Source of the DNA: an uncultured beta proteobacterium
GTDB lineage: Bacteria > Pseudomonadota > Gammaproteobacteria > Burkholderiales > Burkholderiaceae_C
Reading direction: 5' to 3'
DNA length: 64,000 nt
Assembly (NCBI GenBank): GCA_963844485.1
Contig: CAWJOQ010000002.1
Location: 192,328 to 256,327, forward strand
In this document: piece by piece, positions 35,225-45,793 of the stretch
Layout of the letters: each line of letters opens with the position of its first letter
Position numbering within the stretch: position 1 is the first letter of the stretch
Translations under genes and position numbers: made by a program
Notes under the pieces: generated by a model
Seen by the model: the letters and a program-made list of their open reading frames with translations, nothing else
Told to the model about the DNA's origin: nothing
The model's database searches: none

Positions 35225-36016
35225 TCAGGCCAGCACCGTGTCGAGCATGGCCCAGCTGCGCGGCCCGACGATGCCGTCAGGCACCAACGCGCGGTCGCGC
35301 TGCCATTGGCGCACTGCAGCCTCGGTGCGGGGGCCGAACTGACCATCGACGACGAGACCCAGGGCACGCTGCAGGACCATGACAGCCTCGCCGGCGTCAC
35401 CCCGCCGCAATGTCGGCCGCTGTTGGCCCACGCCCGACGGCTCGGCTGAAGGAATCAGGCTGGCGTGCCAGGCGCCGGCCAGCGCGGTGCCCACGTCACG
35501 CCGCAAGGCATGCAGGTCGATGAGCGGGTCGGGCTTGCGGCCGGCAGGCAGGGCATATTCACGGTGGCCGACCACCCAGTCAGCACCTCGGCCAGCATGG
35601 CCCAACAGCGCGGCACAGCCACGCACCAGGGCATCGCGTTGCACTGGTGGCCATGGCATGTCATCGGCCGTACCGGTGTTCTCGGCCTCGATGCCGATGA
35701 AGCTGCTGTTGCCGGTGGTGACGCCCTTCCAGTCGCCGGCACCTGCGTGGTTGGCGCGGCCCGCACCCACCAGATAGAAAGTGCCGTCACGGCCCAGACC
35801 CACGTTGCACAAAGGGCCGCGCAGATCGGGCCGGCCGTGCATCAGCGTGTTCAGTGTGGGCATGTTGCCGCCGCGCGGGCCGGCCGTGTGGTGCACCATC
35901 ACCCCGCGCACCGTACCCATCTCGGCCCGTCCATGTGATTGCCAACCGGGCACTTCAGCCACCTTCAGGCCAGCATCGAGCAGACGCTGTTGCATCCAGA
36001 TCAGGGCGAAGGCCAT
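35225..36016 (-). CDS. N-acetylmuramoyl-L-alanine amidase (amidase_2/PGRP fold) with a C-terminal peptidoglycan-binding domain
   Basis: VMVHHTAG ... SFIGIEAENTG are Zn-amidase motifs. The C-terminal LRRGDAGEAVMVLQRALGLVVDGQFGPRTEAAVRQWQ is a PG_binding_1 domain. The start was chosen at MAFALIW. Confidence 0.75.
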   Translation of the reverse strand: MAFALIWMQQRLLDAGLKVAEVPGWQSHGRAEMGTVRGVMVHHTAGPRGGNMPTLNTLMHGRPDLRGPLCNVGLGRDGTFYLVGAGRANHAGAGDWKGVTTGNSSFIGIEAENTGTADDMPWPPVQRDALVRGCAALLGHAGRGADWVVGHREYALPAGRKPDPLIDLHALRRDVGTALAGAWHASLIPSAEPSGVGQQRPTLRRGDAGEAVMVLQRALGLVVDGQFGPRTEAAVRQWQRDRALVPDGIVGPRSWAMLDTVLA

Positions 36017-36017
36017 A

Positions 36018-36971
36018 TCAAGTTCCCCTGACAGGTGGGGCCACGCCACCAACGGCTGGCGGCAGATCGTGATCGGGCGTCGCGTCGATGCGCTCCACGT
36101 CTCCGCCGTCTGCATCGTCGGGATCGTGGACGGGACCCACTGCGCCAGCGCCAGCGAGGTTCGTGGCACCCGCTCCAGCGCCGTCCCCGCCCGCTTCTGC
36201 ACCAGCACCGCCTTGGGGTGTCGTGGTCTGCACCGTCGTTTTGGCCTGCGTGGCCGGATCGGCGGCACTGACCCGATCGGAATCCGCACCAGCGCGGGCG
36301 GCAAAGTAATAGCTGGTCACCGATGTCATCAGCGTGCCCACCAGCACCAGCAATTGCTTGGCAAAGTCGATGCCTTCGGATGACGAAGCCGCACGCAATG
36401 TGAGCTTGAAGCGCCGGTCAGCAACCGGGCAGGCGTCTTTGGTGGGACTGGCGCAATCGTCGTCTTCAGACAGGATCACCCGGGACGGCGTGGCCGTCAC
36501 CAGGGCATTGCGCTCAGCCTCGCGCAGGCCGCCCACCTGATAAGGAATGCCGGCGTTTGCGATCGACAGGTACAAGGTGATCGAGAAGATCGCGAACAGA
36601 ACGATCAACGACAGCGCGATGGTGGCCCGCATGGAACCAGGCGGCAGTGCCAGTGGCTGTCTCGGGTCTGCCAGATCAAGCTGCTTGAACAGCATGGCCA
36701 CCAGCGACAACGTGCCCAGCAGGATCATGATGCCCAGAATGGCCAGCACCGGCAGGCCGACGATCATTGAACCCTCGAAGTAAACGGCGCCCAGCATGAT
36801 GGCCGCTGTCGGCAAGAGCACCAGCACGAAGCCCACCCCGGCGGCACCGCCACCCAGCAAGTCCAACAATTTGTTGCCCTGCGGCTTGGGATCGTTGGAA
36901 TCATGGGCCATGCGCACTCCTGGTTTCGATGGCCGGTTGGCCGCTTCCGACAGATCGACGGATACCGGCAC
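36018..36971 (-). CDS. Hypothetical multi-TM membrane protein with an acidic C-terminal tail
   Basis: There are at least 3 predicted TM helices (LLDLLGGGAAGVGFVLVLL, MIVGLPVLAILGIMILLGTLSLVAMLF, ATIALSLIVLFAIFSITLYL). It lies immediately upstream of the amidase on the same strand. Its function is unknown. Confidence 0.45.
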   Translation of the reverse strand: MPVSVDLSEAANRPSKPGVRMAHDSNDPKPQGNKLLDLLGGGAAGVGFVLVLLPTAAIMLGAVYFEGSMIVGLPVLAILGIMILLGTLSLVAMLFKQLDLADPRQPLALPPGSMRATIALSLIVLFAIFSITLYLSIANAGIPYQVGGLREAERNALVTATPSRVILSEDDDCASPTKDACPVADRRFKLTLRAASSSEGIDFAKQLLVLVGTLMTSVTSYYFAARAGADSDRVSAADPATQAKTTVQTTTPQGGAGAEAGGDGAGAGATNLAGAGAVGPVHDPDDADGGDVERIDATPDHDLPPAVGGVAPPVRGT

Positions 36972-37362
36972 ATTCTTCTCGGTTGCCAGCGCGGCGCATC
37001 GTCAGCAATGACGAACAAGCCGTTTGTCACGCAGCGCGCGCCGGCCGCGTGCGCTGGCGGTCAGCCTGGCCCGATACGGCGGCCAGGCTCCCGCTCGTCA
37101 ATGCACCAGCACCACAAACCGGTCTCTTCCAGTCGCAGCAGGTCTGCCGGATTGGCAATCTGCTGGCGATGCCATGCACGCGCCAGACCATGACCCCGGA
37201 TTCCCAGGCGCGCCTCTCGATGCCAGGCGAACAGAGGAAGCGCCCAGGCGCGGTCGCCGCAACGTCCACATGCAAACAAGTTGTCCTGCCGCTCGCCGCA
37301 GCAGACTGTGATGGCCATGCGCCTGGTGCGCGGTACGCCGTGGCCTTCTGCGGGCTGGCGCG

Positions 37363-38607
37363 CTACGGCTGCAAGATCGGCTTCATTACCCCGGCCGGCA
37401 TATTGCCACCCACAGCGGCATAGCGCAGCGGATCCATCAGCTGCCATGCAGGCACGGTATACGACGTGCCTTGGCTGGCATCGCCGGCGATGTGCATGCC
37501 CGCCAGCGTGCATTGGTCGTTGGCGTCACGCAGCAGTACCGGGCAGCCGCTGTCGCCGGGATAGGTGCGGTCGCCAAAACGCACTTGCAGTTCCAGCACC
37601 GCATGGGTGATGTGGCGCCGGCTGCCATCAGCAAAGTCATAGCCCAGCAGCAGGTCTTGCAGCACCAGGCTGCGCTCGGCCTGCAAGGGCAGCAAAGCAG
37701 GCTGGGGGCGCCTGTCGTTGTTGGCCGGGGCATGGATTTCCAGAGCCCAGCCGTCGGCGAGCAGCGCGTTCAACTCCTGCTCTGTCTGCACCCAGGGCCG
37801 CGCAGCAGAGAGGCGCAGCCCGCCGAACAGTGCGGCCAGGCCGGCCGGCGACAGCAAGGCCGCCAACTGCGCATCCAGGCTGGCAGCCTGGCCTGGCAAC
37901 ACACGCCCGCCAAACGCGGTGGCGCGCACCACCGCCTGGCCGGCTGCCGCGCCTGGCACGGTGCGCGCCGCAACTTGCGCACCTGCCCGCAAGCCGCTGC
38001 CGTCCAGGTCAGGCCGCGGGCTCAGCACATGGATGGGCGCCAACGCATAGCGTTTGCCGCCCACTGTCACCGGCCAGGTCACCGCACCCAAGGCAAAGCG
38101 GCCATCCACACTGTCTGCGCGCACACCTGACAGGGGTGCTGCCTGCGCTTTCGCCCGCAACAGCCTGGCCTGCACCTGCACGTCAGTGGGCACAGCCACC
38201 ACCTGGTCCCTGCCGTCAATCCAGGCGGGGGTCAGCAGGTCTTGCGGCAGGCGCTGCGATGGTTGGCGCGCCAACTGCGCTGGCGACAGCTTGCGCCGCA
38301 CCACGAAGACCAGGCACGGGGCGTTGTGCAGGTGCTCGATGCCATCGGCGGCGTTGCGCCGACGCAAGCCGGCCGTCACCGACACCACGGTGCGCACCGC
38401 CCGTGTGAATTCACCGCGCCGGCATTCGGCCAGGCAACGCGCAAGATCCATTTGGCGGGCGGCTGGCAGGCTGGCCCAACGCGTCCGGGCATCGGCCAAC
38501 AAGGCATCGTCTGACGTGCTGGACGCCTGCTCCCAATCGCGCGATCGTGCCGCTTGCCGGCGCGGCTTTGCCGCCTTGGGCGTGCTGGATCTGCTCACTT
38601 CAGGCAC
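37363..38607 (-). CDS. Putative trypsin-like (S1-type) serine protease with a long N-terminal extension
   Basis: The C-terminal YPGDSGCPVLL ... LAGMHIAG resembles the GDSGGP active-site Ser motif. Candidate His/Asp residues lie upstream (RHITHAVLE, LGYDFADG). Its start overlaps the upstream lipoprotein gene by 13 nt. Confidence 0.5.
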   Translation of the reverse strand: MPEVSRSSTPKAAKPRRQAARSRDWEQASSTSDDALLADARTRWASLPAARQMDLARCLAECRRGEFTRAVRTVVSVTAGLRRRNAADGIEHLHNAPCLVFVVRRKLSPAQLARQPSQRLPQDLLTPAWIDGRDQVVAVPTDVQVQARLLRAKAQAAPLSGVRADSVDGRFALGAVTWPVTVGGKRYALAPIHVLSPRPDLDGSGLRAGAQVAARTVPGAAAGQAVVRATAFGGRVLPGQAASLDAQLAALLSPAGLAALFGGLRLSAARPWVQTEQELNALLADGWALEIHAPANNDRRPQPALLPLQAERSLVLQDLLLGYDFADGSRRHITHAVLELQVRFGDRTYPGDSGCPVLLRDANDQCTLAGMHIAGDASQGTSYTVPAWQLMDPLRYAAVGGNMPAGVMKPILQP

Positions 38608-40310
38608 CCGCCTGGGGCCACCAGCGCCAGGCGGGCCGGAGTCTTGCGCGCCGCATCAGCCTCGGCTGGCGCCAGCGCAAAGCCGTCGGTCAGCAGCGCC
38701 AACAGTCTTGTGCGGGCCTCCAGGTTGCTGATGGTCGCAGGCGGCGCACCTGGTATGCAGGTCATCACCACGCGCGTGCCCACCGCGTCTGAAGCCCATG
38801 TCTTGATGCTGAGCCGGCTCTTGGTGGCGCTGGTGCCGAACGCAATGGACGCACCGCTCTTCTGCGCCGCAGCCAGCGCTGCAGGCAGGCCAAGGGCGCG
38901 GCCGCCATCGGCTTCGTTCGCGGGCGCAGTGCTGGGTGCTGCTGCTGGCGCCACCTCCACGACAACTCTTGCCTGATTGGGTCCGGGTGACGAGTCTTCC
39001 ACCACGATGGTCAGCGTGTGGGGTCCCTTGGTGCTCTTCGGCACCTTCACATCGAACACCTTGCCACCGGCAGGCGGTTGCACCAGCGTGATGCCAAAAC
39101 TGGGCTGGCTGGCGAAGCGCGCGGTGTAGTTGGTGGTGCCGCCCGAAACCGTGAAGGTCTGGCTCTGGTCCTCGTCCTTGTTGGCGGTGAACTTCAACAA
39201 GGCATCGGACACGGCGAAGCCACCCGACCTGGACGCATCGGGCACGCACTTTTCAAAGTCGGCGTTGCTCACCGTGCTGGCCTGGCGCCTGGCACGCTCT
39301 TGCACGGCATCTGCCTGAACCGCCACGCTGGCCTGTGCCTGCGCCATCTGGACCAATGCGCTGTGGATCCGGTCAATGCTGGCGGGCGAGACCACTGCCT
39401 GGTCCGCAGACTTTGGCGGCACGGCGCCCAGCCCGCCGTCGCTTTGGTTGCTGGGACCGCTGCCCGGCGCACTGGCCGCAGCAGCCGGCGCTGCCGATGC
39501 ACCCACTGCCTTGCCGAACCCGTCCACCGTGCCCGCCAGTGACTTCAGCGCGTCCAGCACCGCCTTGGGTTCCGGCACGCCCTTGGACACCATTTCATTG
39601 ACCGCCTGGTGGATGGCCTGCAAAGTGCCCGTGAGCTTGCTGGCGCCACTGGCCGAGCGTTCACCCAGGGCGTCAGCGTCCTTGCTCACAGCCAGGGCGT
39701 TGTCCAGGGTGGCGCGTGCACTGGCGATGCGCTCGTTGGCGGTGGTCTTGTAGGTGGTGTCCAGGCCTGCCGTGGCCAGCACCAGGCCTTCGGCCCGGCT
39801 GATGGCCGCAGCCAGCGCTGGCAGGTCGGTCCGCAATGTGGCGGTGGCACTGGCCTGGGCCTTCACCACATCAGGGTCGATGCGCAAGCTGCGGCCGATG
39901 GTGGCCGCGCAGTTGACCCGGCCGATGCCCACCTGGTAGGCATCCAGCACCGACTGTTGCAGCCCCAGGGTAGAGGAGAGGTAGGTGGAGCCGCCCAGCC
40001 CCGCTGTCACGGCCAGCACGTCCTTGTGGGCGCCAGAGGCCACCGCCGCGAACGAGGCCACACCCAGCCCGAACAGCATGTCGTTGGTGGCCAGCTTGCG
40101 GCCCAGATACTGCTCGGCACGCGCCTCGAACTGCAGGCGCAGCGCCTGCGCGTCGGCCAGTGCCGCATCGATGCTGGGCGCTGGATCGGCGACAGCACGC
40201 CATTGCACCACTGGGTTGACGCTGCAGCCGGCACACAGCGCTGCACTGGCAATGGCCACGCGGGACGTAGCGGACCTGGTTTGATTCACGGTTGCTCCTT
40301 CAAGGCACAT
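38595..40310 (-). CDS. Large secreted lipoprotein (Ala/Ser/Thr-rich, about 570 aa), function unknown
   Basis: The signal peptide and lipobox read RVAIASAALCAGCS. The ORF is long and low-complexity but consistent. It is co-oriented and overlaps the protease gene. Confidence 0.5.
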   Translation of the reverse strand: MCLEGATVNQTRSATSRVAIASAALCAGCSVNPVVQWRAVADPAPSIDAALADAQALRLQFEARAEQYLGRKLATNDMLFGLGVASFAAVASGAHKDVLAVTAGLGGSTYLSSTLGLQQSVLDAYQVGIGRVNCAATIGRSLRIDPDVVKAQASATATLRTDLPALAAAISRAEGLVLATAGLDTTYKTTANERIASARATLDNALAVSKDADALGERSASGASKLTGTLQAIHQAVNEMVSKGVPEPKAVLDALKSLAGTVDGFGKAVGASAAPAAAASAPGSGPSNQSDGGLGAVPPKSADQAVVSPASIDRIHSALVQMAQAQASVAVQADAVQERARRQASTVSNADFEKCVPDASRSGGFAVSDALLKFTANKDEDQSQTFTVSGGTTNYTARFASQPSFGITLVQPPAGGKVFDVKVPKSTKGPHTLTIVVEDSSPGPNQARVVVEVAPAAAPSTAPANEADGGRALGLPAALAAAQKSGASIAFGTSATKSRLSIKTWASDAVGTRVVMTCIPGAPPATISNLEARTRLLALLTDGFALAPAEADAARKTPARLALVAPGGCLK

Positions 40311-40373
40311 CGTTCGACGCAGCGAAAACCACCAAATCGAACATGCAGATGCACAGACCCAGTGCCGATTGGC

Positions 40374-41759
40374 TCAGCCTTGGCAGTTTTTCGGCACCGG
40401 CAGCGCCAGCGCGCCCAGCAGCCCCGGGCCTGCCTGACCGGGGCGCACCGCCAGCAACCACAGCACGTCGGGCTGGCGCCCCCACACGGGCAGCGCCACC
40501 AGAAGGTCGCCTTGCTGCAACAGGCCGCTGCTGCGCAATTCGGCCAGCAAGCTGTCCACCTTGCCGTCGGGCAGACGCGCAGCCAGCCGGTCGATCGGGC
40601 GGGCCCAGTCCATCTTGCCCTGCAGCAGCAGAGGCTTCAGCGCCAGCTTCAGGTCATCGGCAAGCAGGTAAGCCGACCGGACAGCGTATTGGCTCGACTC
40701 CATGGCCGCAGCAGCCCCCTGGGGAAAGAATTGGCCTCGACCACCGCCAGCCACCACGCCGGCAATCACTGCTCGCCAATCGGCGTCTGGCGCCGCAAGC
40801 CGGTTGATCAGCCCGTCGAACCAAGCGCCCACTGCCCGGGCAAACGGCTCCTCCTCGTCGGCCAGGCTCATGCGGCGCAGGTGTTGCTTCACACAACTGC
40901 CGAATGCCGCCTGCAAGAACCCATGCGTGCGGCTGGCGACAGACGCGGGCTTGGCGATGTCGCTGTGGTCGAAGCCAATGGCGATGTGGGTCTGGCCTCC
41001 CTGGCGGCAGGGGCGGTGTGCACTGGTCTCTGGCACGATGCGCCCCACGGGAAAGACAAAGGCAAAGCGCATGTCCCGCCCTTCAGCCACGCACCAGGTG
41101 GGTGGTCGCTGCCCCTGGGGCAATGCGTCCCAGCGTTGCCACAGCGCCTCCATCTCGCCGCTGTTGCTCATCTCGGCGCATTGCGTGGAGTTGATGCCCC
41201 AGTTGGTGCAGATGGCCGCCGCCTCGGTGGGCAGCGCGGGCGTGCCGGCAAACACCACCAGGCGGATGCGGCCACGCTGGTCGGCATTCAGCAATCCAGG
41301 CTCGGTGAGCAAGCGGGCCAGCACGATGCCGCCCATGCTGTGTGCTACGAATGTGATGCTGGCATGCCTGAAGACATCGTCCTTCACCAGATCGATCGCC
41401 AGTTCTTTCGCCACCTGCTGGATGCCGGGGTTCAGGCCCAGCATCACGCTGCGGTAGCTGGCCAAGTGGGCCTTGGTACCAGGAAAGTGATCGGCATCGG
41501 CCAGCAGCAGGCAAGGCCAGGCGGTGTTGGTGAACATCCGGTTGCCGGTGGTCCAGGTGTCGCGGCCGTCACCGTGCAGGCCATGCAGGAACACCACCAC
41601 CGAGTCGCGTGACTCCGCCTTGGGTTTGGCATAACCGGGCACTGCCTCGGGCAGGCAATCGATGCCAGCGGCCATGGCATGGCCAGCGAGCAGTGACGAG
41701 GCGGCCAGCAACAAAGTGGCCAGCAGGCGGACCAGACAGGCCCGGCCGGCATGGCGCAT
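40374..41759 (-). CDS. Secreted alpha/beta-hydrolase (lipase/esterase-like, GHSMGG nucleophile elbow)
   Basis: It has a signal peptide (MRHAGRACLVRLLATLLLAASSLLAGHAMA). Motifs VVVFLHGLHGDGRDTW ... ITFVAHSMGGIV. It carries about 200 additional C-terminal residues. Confidence 0.6.
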   Translation of the reverse strand: MRHAGRACLVRLLATLLLAASSLLAGHAMAAGIDCLPEAVPGYAKPKAESRDSVVVFLHGLHGDGRDTWTTGNRMFTNTAWPCLLLADADHFPGTKAHLASYRSVMLGLNPGIQQVAKELAIDLVKDDVFRHASITFVAHSMGGIVLARLLTEPGLLNADQRGRIRLVVFAGTPALPTEAAAICTNWGINSTQCAEMSNSGEMEALWQRWDALPQGQRPPTWCVAEGRDMRFAFVFPVGRIVPETSAHRPCRQGGQTHIAIGFDHSDIAKPASVASRTHGFLQAAFGSCVKQHLRRMSLADEEEPFARAVGAWFDGLINRLAAPDADWRAVIAGVVAGGGRGQFFPQGAAAAMESSQYAVRSAYLLADDLKLALKPLLLQGKMDWARPIDRLAARLPDGKVDSLLAELRSSGLLQQGDLLVALPVWGRQPDVLWLLAVRPGQAGPGLLGALALPVPKNCQG

Positions 41760-42831
41760 GCACGCCACACCCCGGTCGGCGATGTTCAGCAAACAGGTGC
41801 ACAGCATGGTGGTGGGCGGTTGGTGAAACCAGGCTGCAAGGCTATGCTCAAAACCTGAAATTGGGTTGGTGTGATGCGCCCGGCCATCATGCAAATCGAC
41901 GATGGCCCGCCGCACGTGATTGCGGCCGGGGCTCACCCAAGGCGTCGAGCTTTCGTCGGCGCGAAAAGCTGGCCGGGTTGCGGGTTCAGGCTGCGGCGCA
42001 GAGGCAGGTCCAGGCGCTCAAGCGCGAATTGACCGCGGACGCCGGTGTCAGCGCGCGGCGCAAGCAAGCGGCCACTGGACGCGGCGCGCGTGAACGTGAA
42101 TGGCGCCTGGGCGCGGCTGTGGCGCCGGCGCTGACACGCTGGGCCGCAGGCGATGACACAGCCACCAAGCCTGAACCCAAGCCCGAACCACATGCGCACC
42201 ACCGACATTGCGGCACGGGTGATGCAGATGGCCGACGGCGGCTTCGTCTGCGGCATCGCCAAGGCACGCGCCGTACTGTCACAGCACGCGCTGGCGCACA
42301 AGCTGATGCGCATGCGCAGTCTGAACATCGCGTTCGCAGGCTGAAACTGGGCGTGCCGGGCGCCATTGGCGACTGCGCGGGCCTGCCACGCCTTGCAAAG
42401 CCGTAAAACGGACCCACAGACCGCTCGACCAATCCATCGCGCGCCGCATCCGCACGCCGCCAGCGCAACCAACGGCAATTCGCGCAACGGAGTCGACCGG
42501 CGTTTCGTTCACGGTTAGTCAGGCCCCAAGAGTAAAAGCTTTGCCCACGTCCTCACCCGGTCTCTGCGCTTCGCTTTGCTGCGCTTCGAGCTACGGCTTG
42601 CGGCCATGCCTTTGTGTCCGGCCTGGCTGCCGCTGCCCCTGCGTCGGGGCGATACCGCCAGCCCAACTGGGTCTGACCCATTCAACGACATGCGTAGAGC
42701 GGGGGCCGCATCGGCCATTTGGAAGCGAACCGTCACGACGGCTTCATGCCCATCAACTCAGGTCACAACGCTCGCTGATGCGCAACGCTTGCGCACCGCT
42801 TGCGCGGTCTCAGTCAATCTTGGAATCCCTC

Positions 42832-43570
42832 ATGAAACAGATGGATGCCCTCGCCGCCGCCGCCGTCGCCGTCGCCGCTGCTGCTGCAAGTTCACCCGCG
42901 CAAGCCATGTTGGTCACGCAGTGGAACTTGAACGCATCGACGCCTGGCAGCGCCTCTGCTGCGGGCACCATCGTCCCCACCATCGGCAATGGCACCGCTC
43001 CATTGGTGGGCGGCACCACCGCCACCTTTGACAGCGGCGATGCCAGTGCTGGATCGTCCGACCCCGCCACTGGCGACGACAGCGGCTGGAATGTCAGCAC
43101 CTAAGCCGCGCAGGGCACAGGCGACTAGGCCCGCGGCGGGCAGTTCATGGTCAGCAGCGTCGGCCTGACCGGTGTGATGGTGAACTGGGACCAGCGGCAG
43201 AGCAACGCGTCCTCGCGCCATACCCAATTTCAATACACCATCGACGGAATCACCTTCGTCGATGCTCTGCAAGGATTGTTCAGCGGCACGCCCGGCGACA
43301 CCTGGTTCAACATGCGCGCGGTCGACCCGTGCAGCGTTGCCGCCGTTGCCAACAACGCCAGTTTCGGTGTCCGCCTGGTCGCCAGCTTTGCCCCTGGCAG
43401 CGGCAGCTATGTTGCGGCATCGCCCACTGGAACCTACGGCGCGGCGGGCACCAACCGCTTCGACATGGTCGCCATCAGCGCCGTCCACTATCCCCGAGCC
43501 GCAGACCTACGCCCTGATGCTGGCCGGTCTGGCTGCCGTGGGCTTTGTGGCCGGCCGCCGCAGCGCACCG
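42832..43570 (+). CDS. PEP-CTERM sorting-domain protein, interrupted by a stop/frameshift
   Basis: It has an N-terminal signal peptide (MKQMDALAAAAVAVAAAAASSPAQA). The C-terminal VHYPEPQTYALMLAGLAAVGFVAGRRS is a PEP motif followed by a TM helix and RR. The body is split across two frames. Confidence 0.5.
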
Positions 43571-43622
43571 CCAAGGGTGGCGCTGGCCAAGCTGCCAGTT
43601 TTTGCTTCCACCGGACCGGCCC

Positions 43623-45761
43623 ATGCCACTTCGCCATCCACACGCTCCTACGGCCGTCGTCCTGGCATGCTTGCTGACCTGTCTCGGCGCCACTGCGCAG
43701 ACCCGGACACCGCCGCCCGTGTGCGCTCAGCCCGCCATGGCCATCGGCGCGGTGCAGGGCAGCGGCGATGTGTCGCCGGCGGCGGGCAGCGTGGTCACTG
43801 TGCAAGGCGTGGTGGTGGGTGATTTCGAAGGCGCTTCGCCGGCACTGCGTGGCTTCTACCTCCAGGACACCGGTGACGGCAACCCCGCCACGCCCGACGG
43901 CATCTTCGTGTTCAACGGCAGCAACGACAGTGTGGCGGTTGGCCAGCTGCTGCGGGTCGCCGGCACGGTGGCTGAATTTCAGGGGCAGACGCAGCTCAGC
44001 CCGTCGGCGGTGGTGGTGTGCGGCGGCGGCACGGTTGCGCCCGCCGACATGTTCCTGCCATTTTCAAGCGCCAAGGGGGCAGAGCGATACGAAGGCATGC
44101 TGGTTCGGCTGCCGCAGCTGTTGTCGGTCACTGAGCATCTCCAGCTTGGCCGCTTTGGCCAGGTGGTGCTGTCGGTCGATGGCTGCCAGGCCCAGCCCAC
44201 CCATGTGGTGGCGCCCGGCGCTGCGGCACTGGCACTGAACGCCGCCAACCCACTTGGCCGCATCATCCTTGACGACGCAGTGCAGTCGCAGAACCCAGAC
44301 CCGATCCTCTTTGGCCGCGGCGGCCAGCCCCTGGCAGCTGCCAACAACCTGCGTGGCAGCGACACCGCCACCGGCATCATCGGCGTGATGACCTGCACCT
44401 GGGCAGGCAATGCGGCCAGCGGCAAGGCCTGGCGGGTGCGGCCGGTGGGGGCACTGGGCGGGATAGTGCCTGCGTTCCAGCCTGCCAATGCCCGGCCAGT
44501 GGGCACGCCGCTGGCCAAGACCGTGGCTGCGCTGGCTCAGCTGGACGCTGCAGTGGTCGGCCTGGTCGAGGTCGAGTACGACGGCGACGGCGCCAGCAGC
44601 GCCCAGCAGGCGCTGGTCGACGCACGCTGAACGCCGTCACCGCACCAGGGCACCATGCGCTGATCAACGCGGACACCCCCACCAGCCAGGTCGACGCCAT
44701 GGGCAGTGACGCCATCAAGGTGGCTCTCAGCCATCAGCCGCAGCGGAAGCGCCCAGTCGGCCGCACGGCAGCGCTGAACAGCAGCACCTTCGTCAACGGC
44801 GGCGACGGCGGGCCACGCCACCGCCCTGCCCTCGCCCAGGCCTGGCAGCAAGCAGATGGTGCGCGCTGCATTGCGGTGGCGCCCCATTTGAAGAGAAAGG
44901 GCAGCACCTGTGACGCGCCCGATGCCGGCGACGGCCAGGACAATTGCAACGCCGTGCGGCTGGCTGCGGCGCAACAGCTGCGCACCTGGCTGGCCACCGA
45001 CCCCACCGGCACCAGCGAGCCCGGCATGCTGGTGCTGGGCGACCTGAATGCCCGTGCCAAGGAAGACCCGATCAGCGCCTCGAATCAACAACGGCTGGCG
45101 TGATCTGGTCGCCAGCTACGGTGGGCCACAGGCCTATGGCCATGTCTTCAACGGCCAGTGGGGCAAGCTGGACCATGCGCTGGCGACACCCACTCTGACC
45201 CTGGGGCAGATGGCCGGCGCCACCCATTGGCACATCAACGCCGACGAACCCGGCGTGCTGGACTACAACGTCCACTTCAAGACCGCCAACTTCGTGATTG
45301 CGCTGTCCGCGACGGACGCCATGCGCAACTCCAACCATGACCAGGCAGTGGTAACGCTGAACTTGACCGCACCCGTGGTGGTGCGCGGCACGGCCGGCAA
45401 GAATGTGCCTTGCGCCGGCGCGGGCGAAGCGGCGCTGATCGGCGGTCCAGGGCGTGATGTGCTGCGTGGCGGCAGTGGCCGCAACCAGCTCGTCGACACC
45501 AGCGTTCTGGATGGCGGCGACACCATCACCAACTTTCGCGCCGGGCGCGACAGCCTGGTACTCAGCGGCCTGCTGCGCAGCCTGTCTGCCCCCACCAATG
45601 CGCTGGCCAGCGGCCATGTGCGTTGCGCCAAGCTGGGCACCGACGCGCTGGCGTCGGTCGACCCAGACGGCAGCGCGGGCCCAGCGCCGAGGCGCCCGCT
45701 GGTGCTGTTGCGCAAGCTGGACTGCGCCGCCCTGGGCAACCTGGACAACCTGCGCCTGTGA
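43623..45761 (+). CDS. ExeM/NucH-family extracellular nuclease (endonuclease/exonuclease/phosphatase fold) with a C-terminal RTX-like Ca-binding repeat region. Frameshifts near 44630-44700 and 45050.
   Basis: The signal peptide is followed by AIGAVQGSGDVSPAAGSVVTVQGVVVGDFEG (ExeM N-domain). EEP motifs: LVLGDLNARAKEDPI ... VFNGQWGKLDHALATP ... WHINADEPGVLDYN. The tail has GGPGRDVLRGGSGRNQL repeats. Confidence 0.65.
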
Positions 45762-45793
45762 TCCCGGCGCTACCCAACAGACGGATCTCCAGC

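Noticed and set aside
39609-41612. 667-aa plus-strand ORF overlapping the lipoprotein and alpha/beta-hydrolase genes
   Set aside because: It is a shadow ORF. The minus-strand products carry signal peptides and the hydrolase motif, whereas this one has none.
42153-42344. Small ORF MTQPPSLNPSPNHMRTTDIAARVMQMADGGF... in the 41.9-42.8 kb gap
   Set aside because: It is 63 aa with no signal, no RBS-like context that I could discern and no recognisable fold. It is reported only as part of an unannotated gap.
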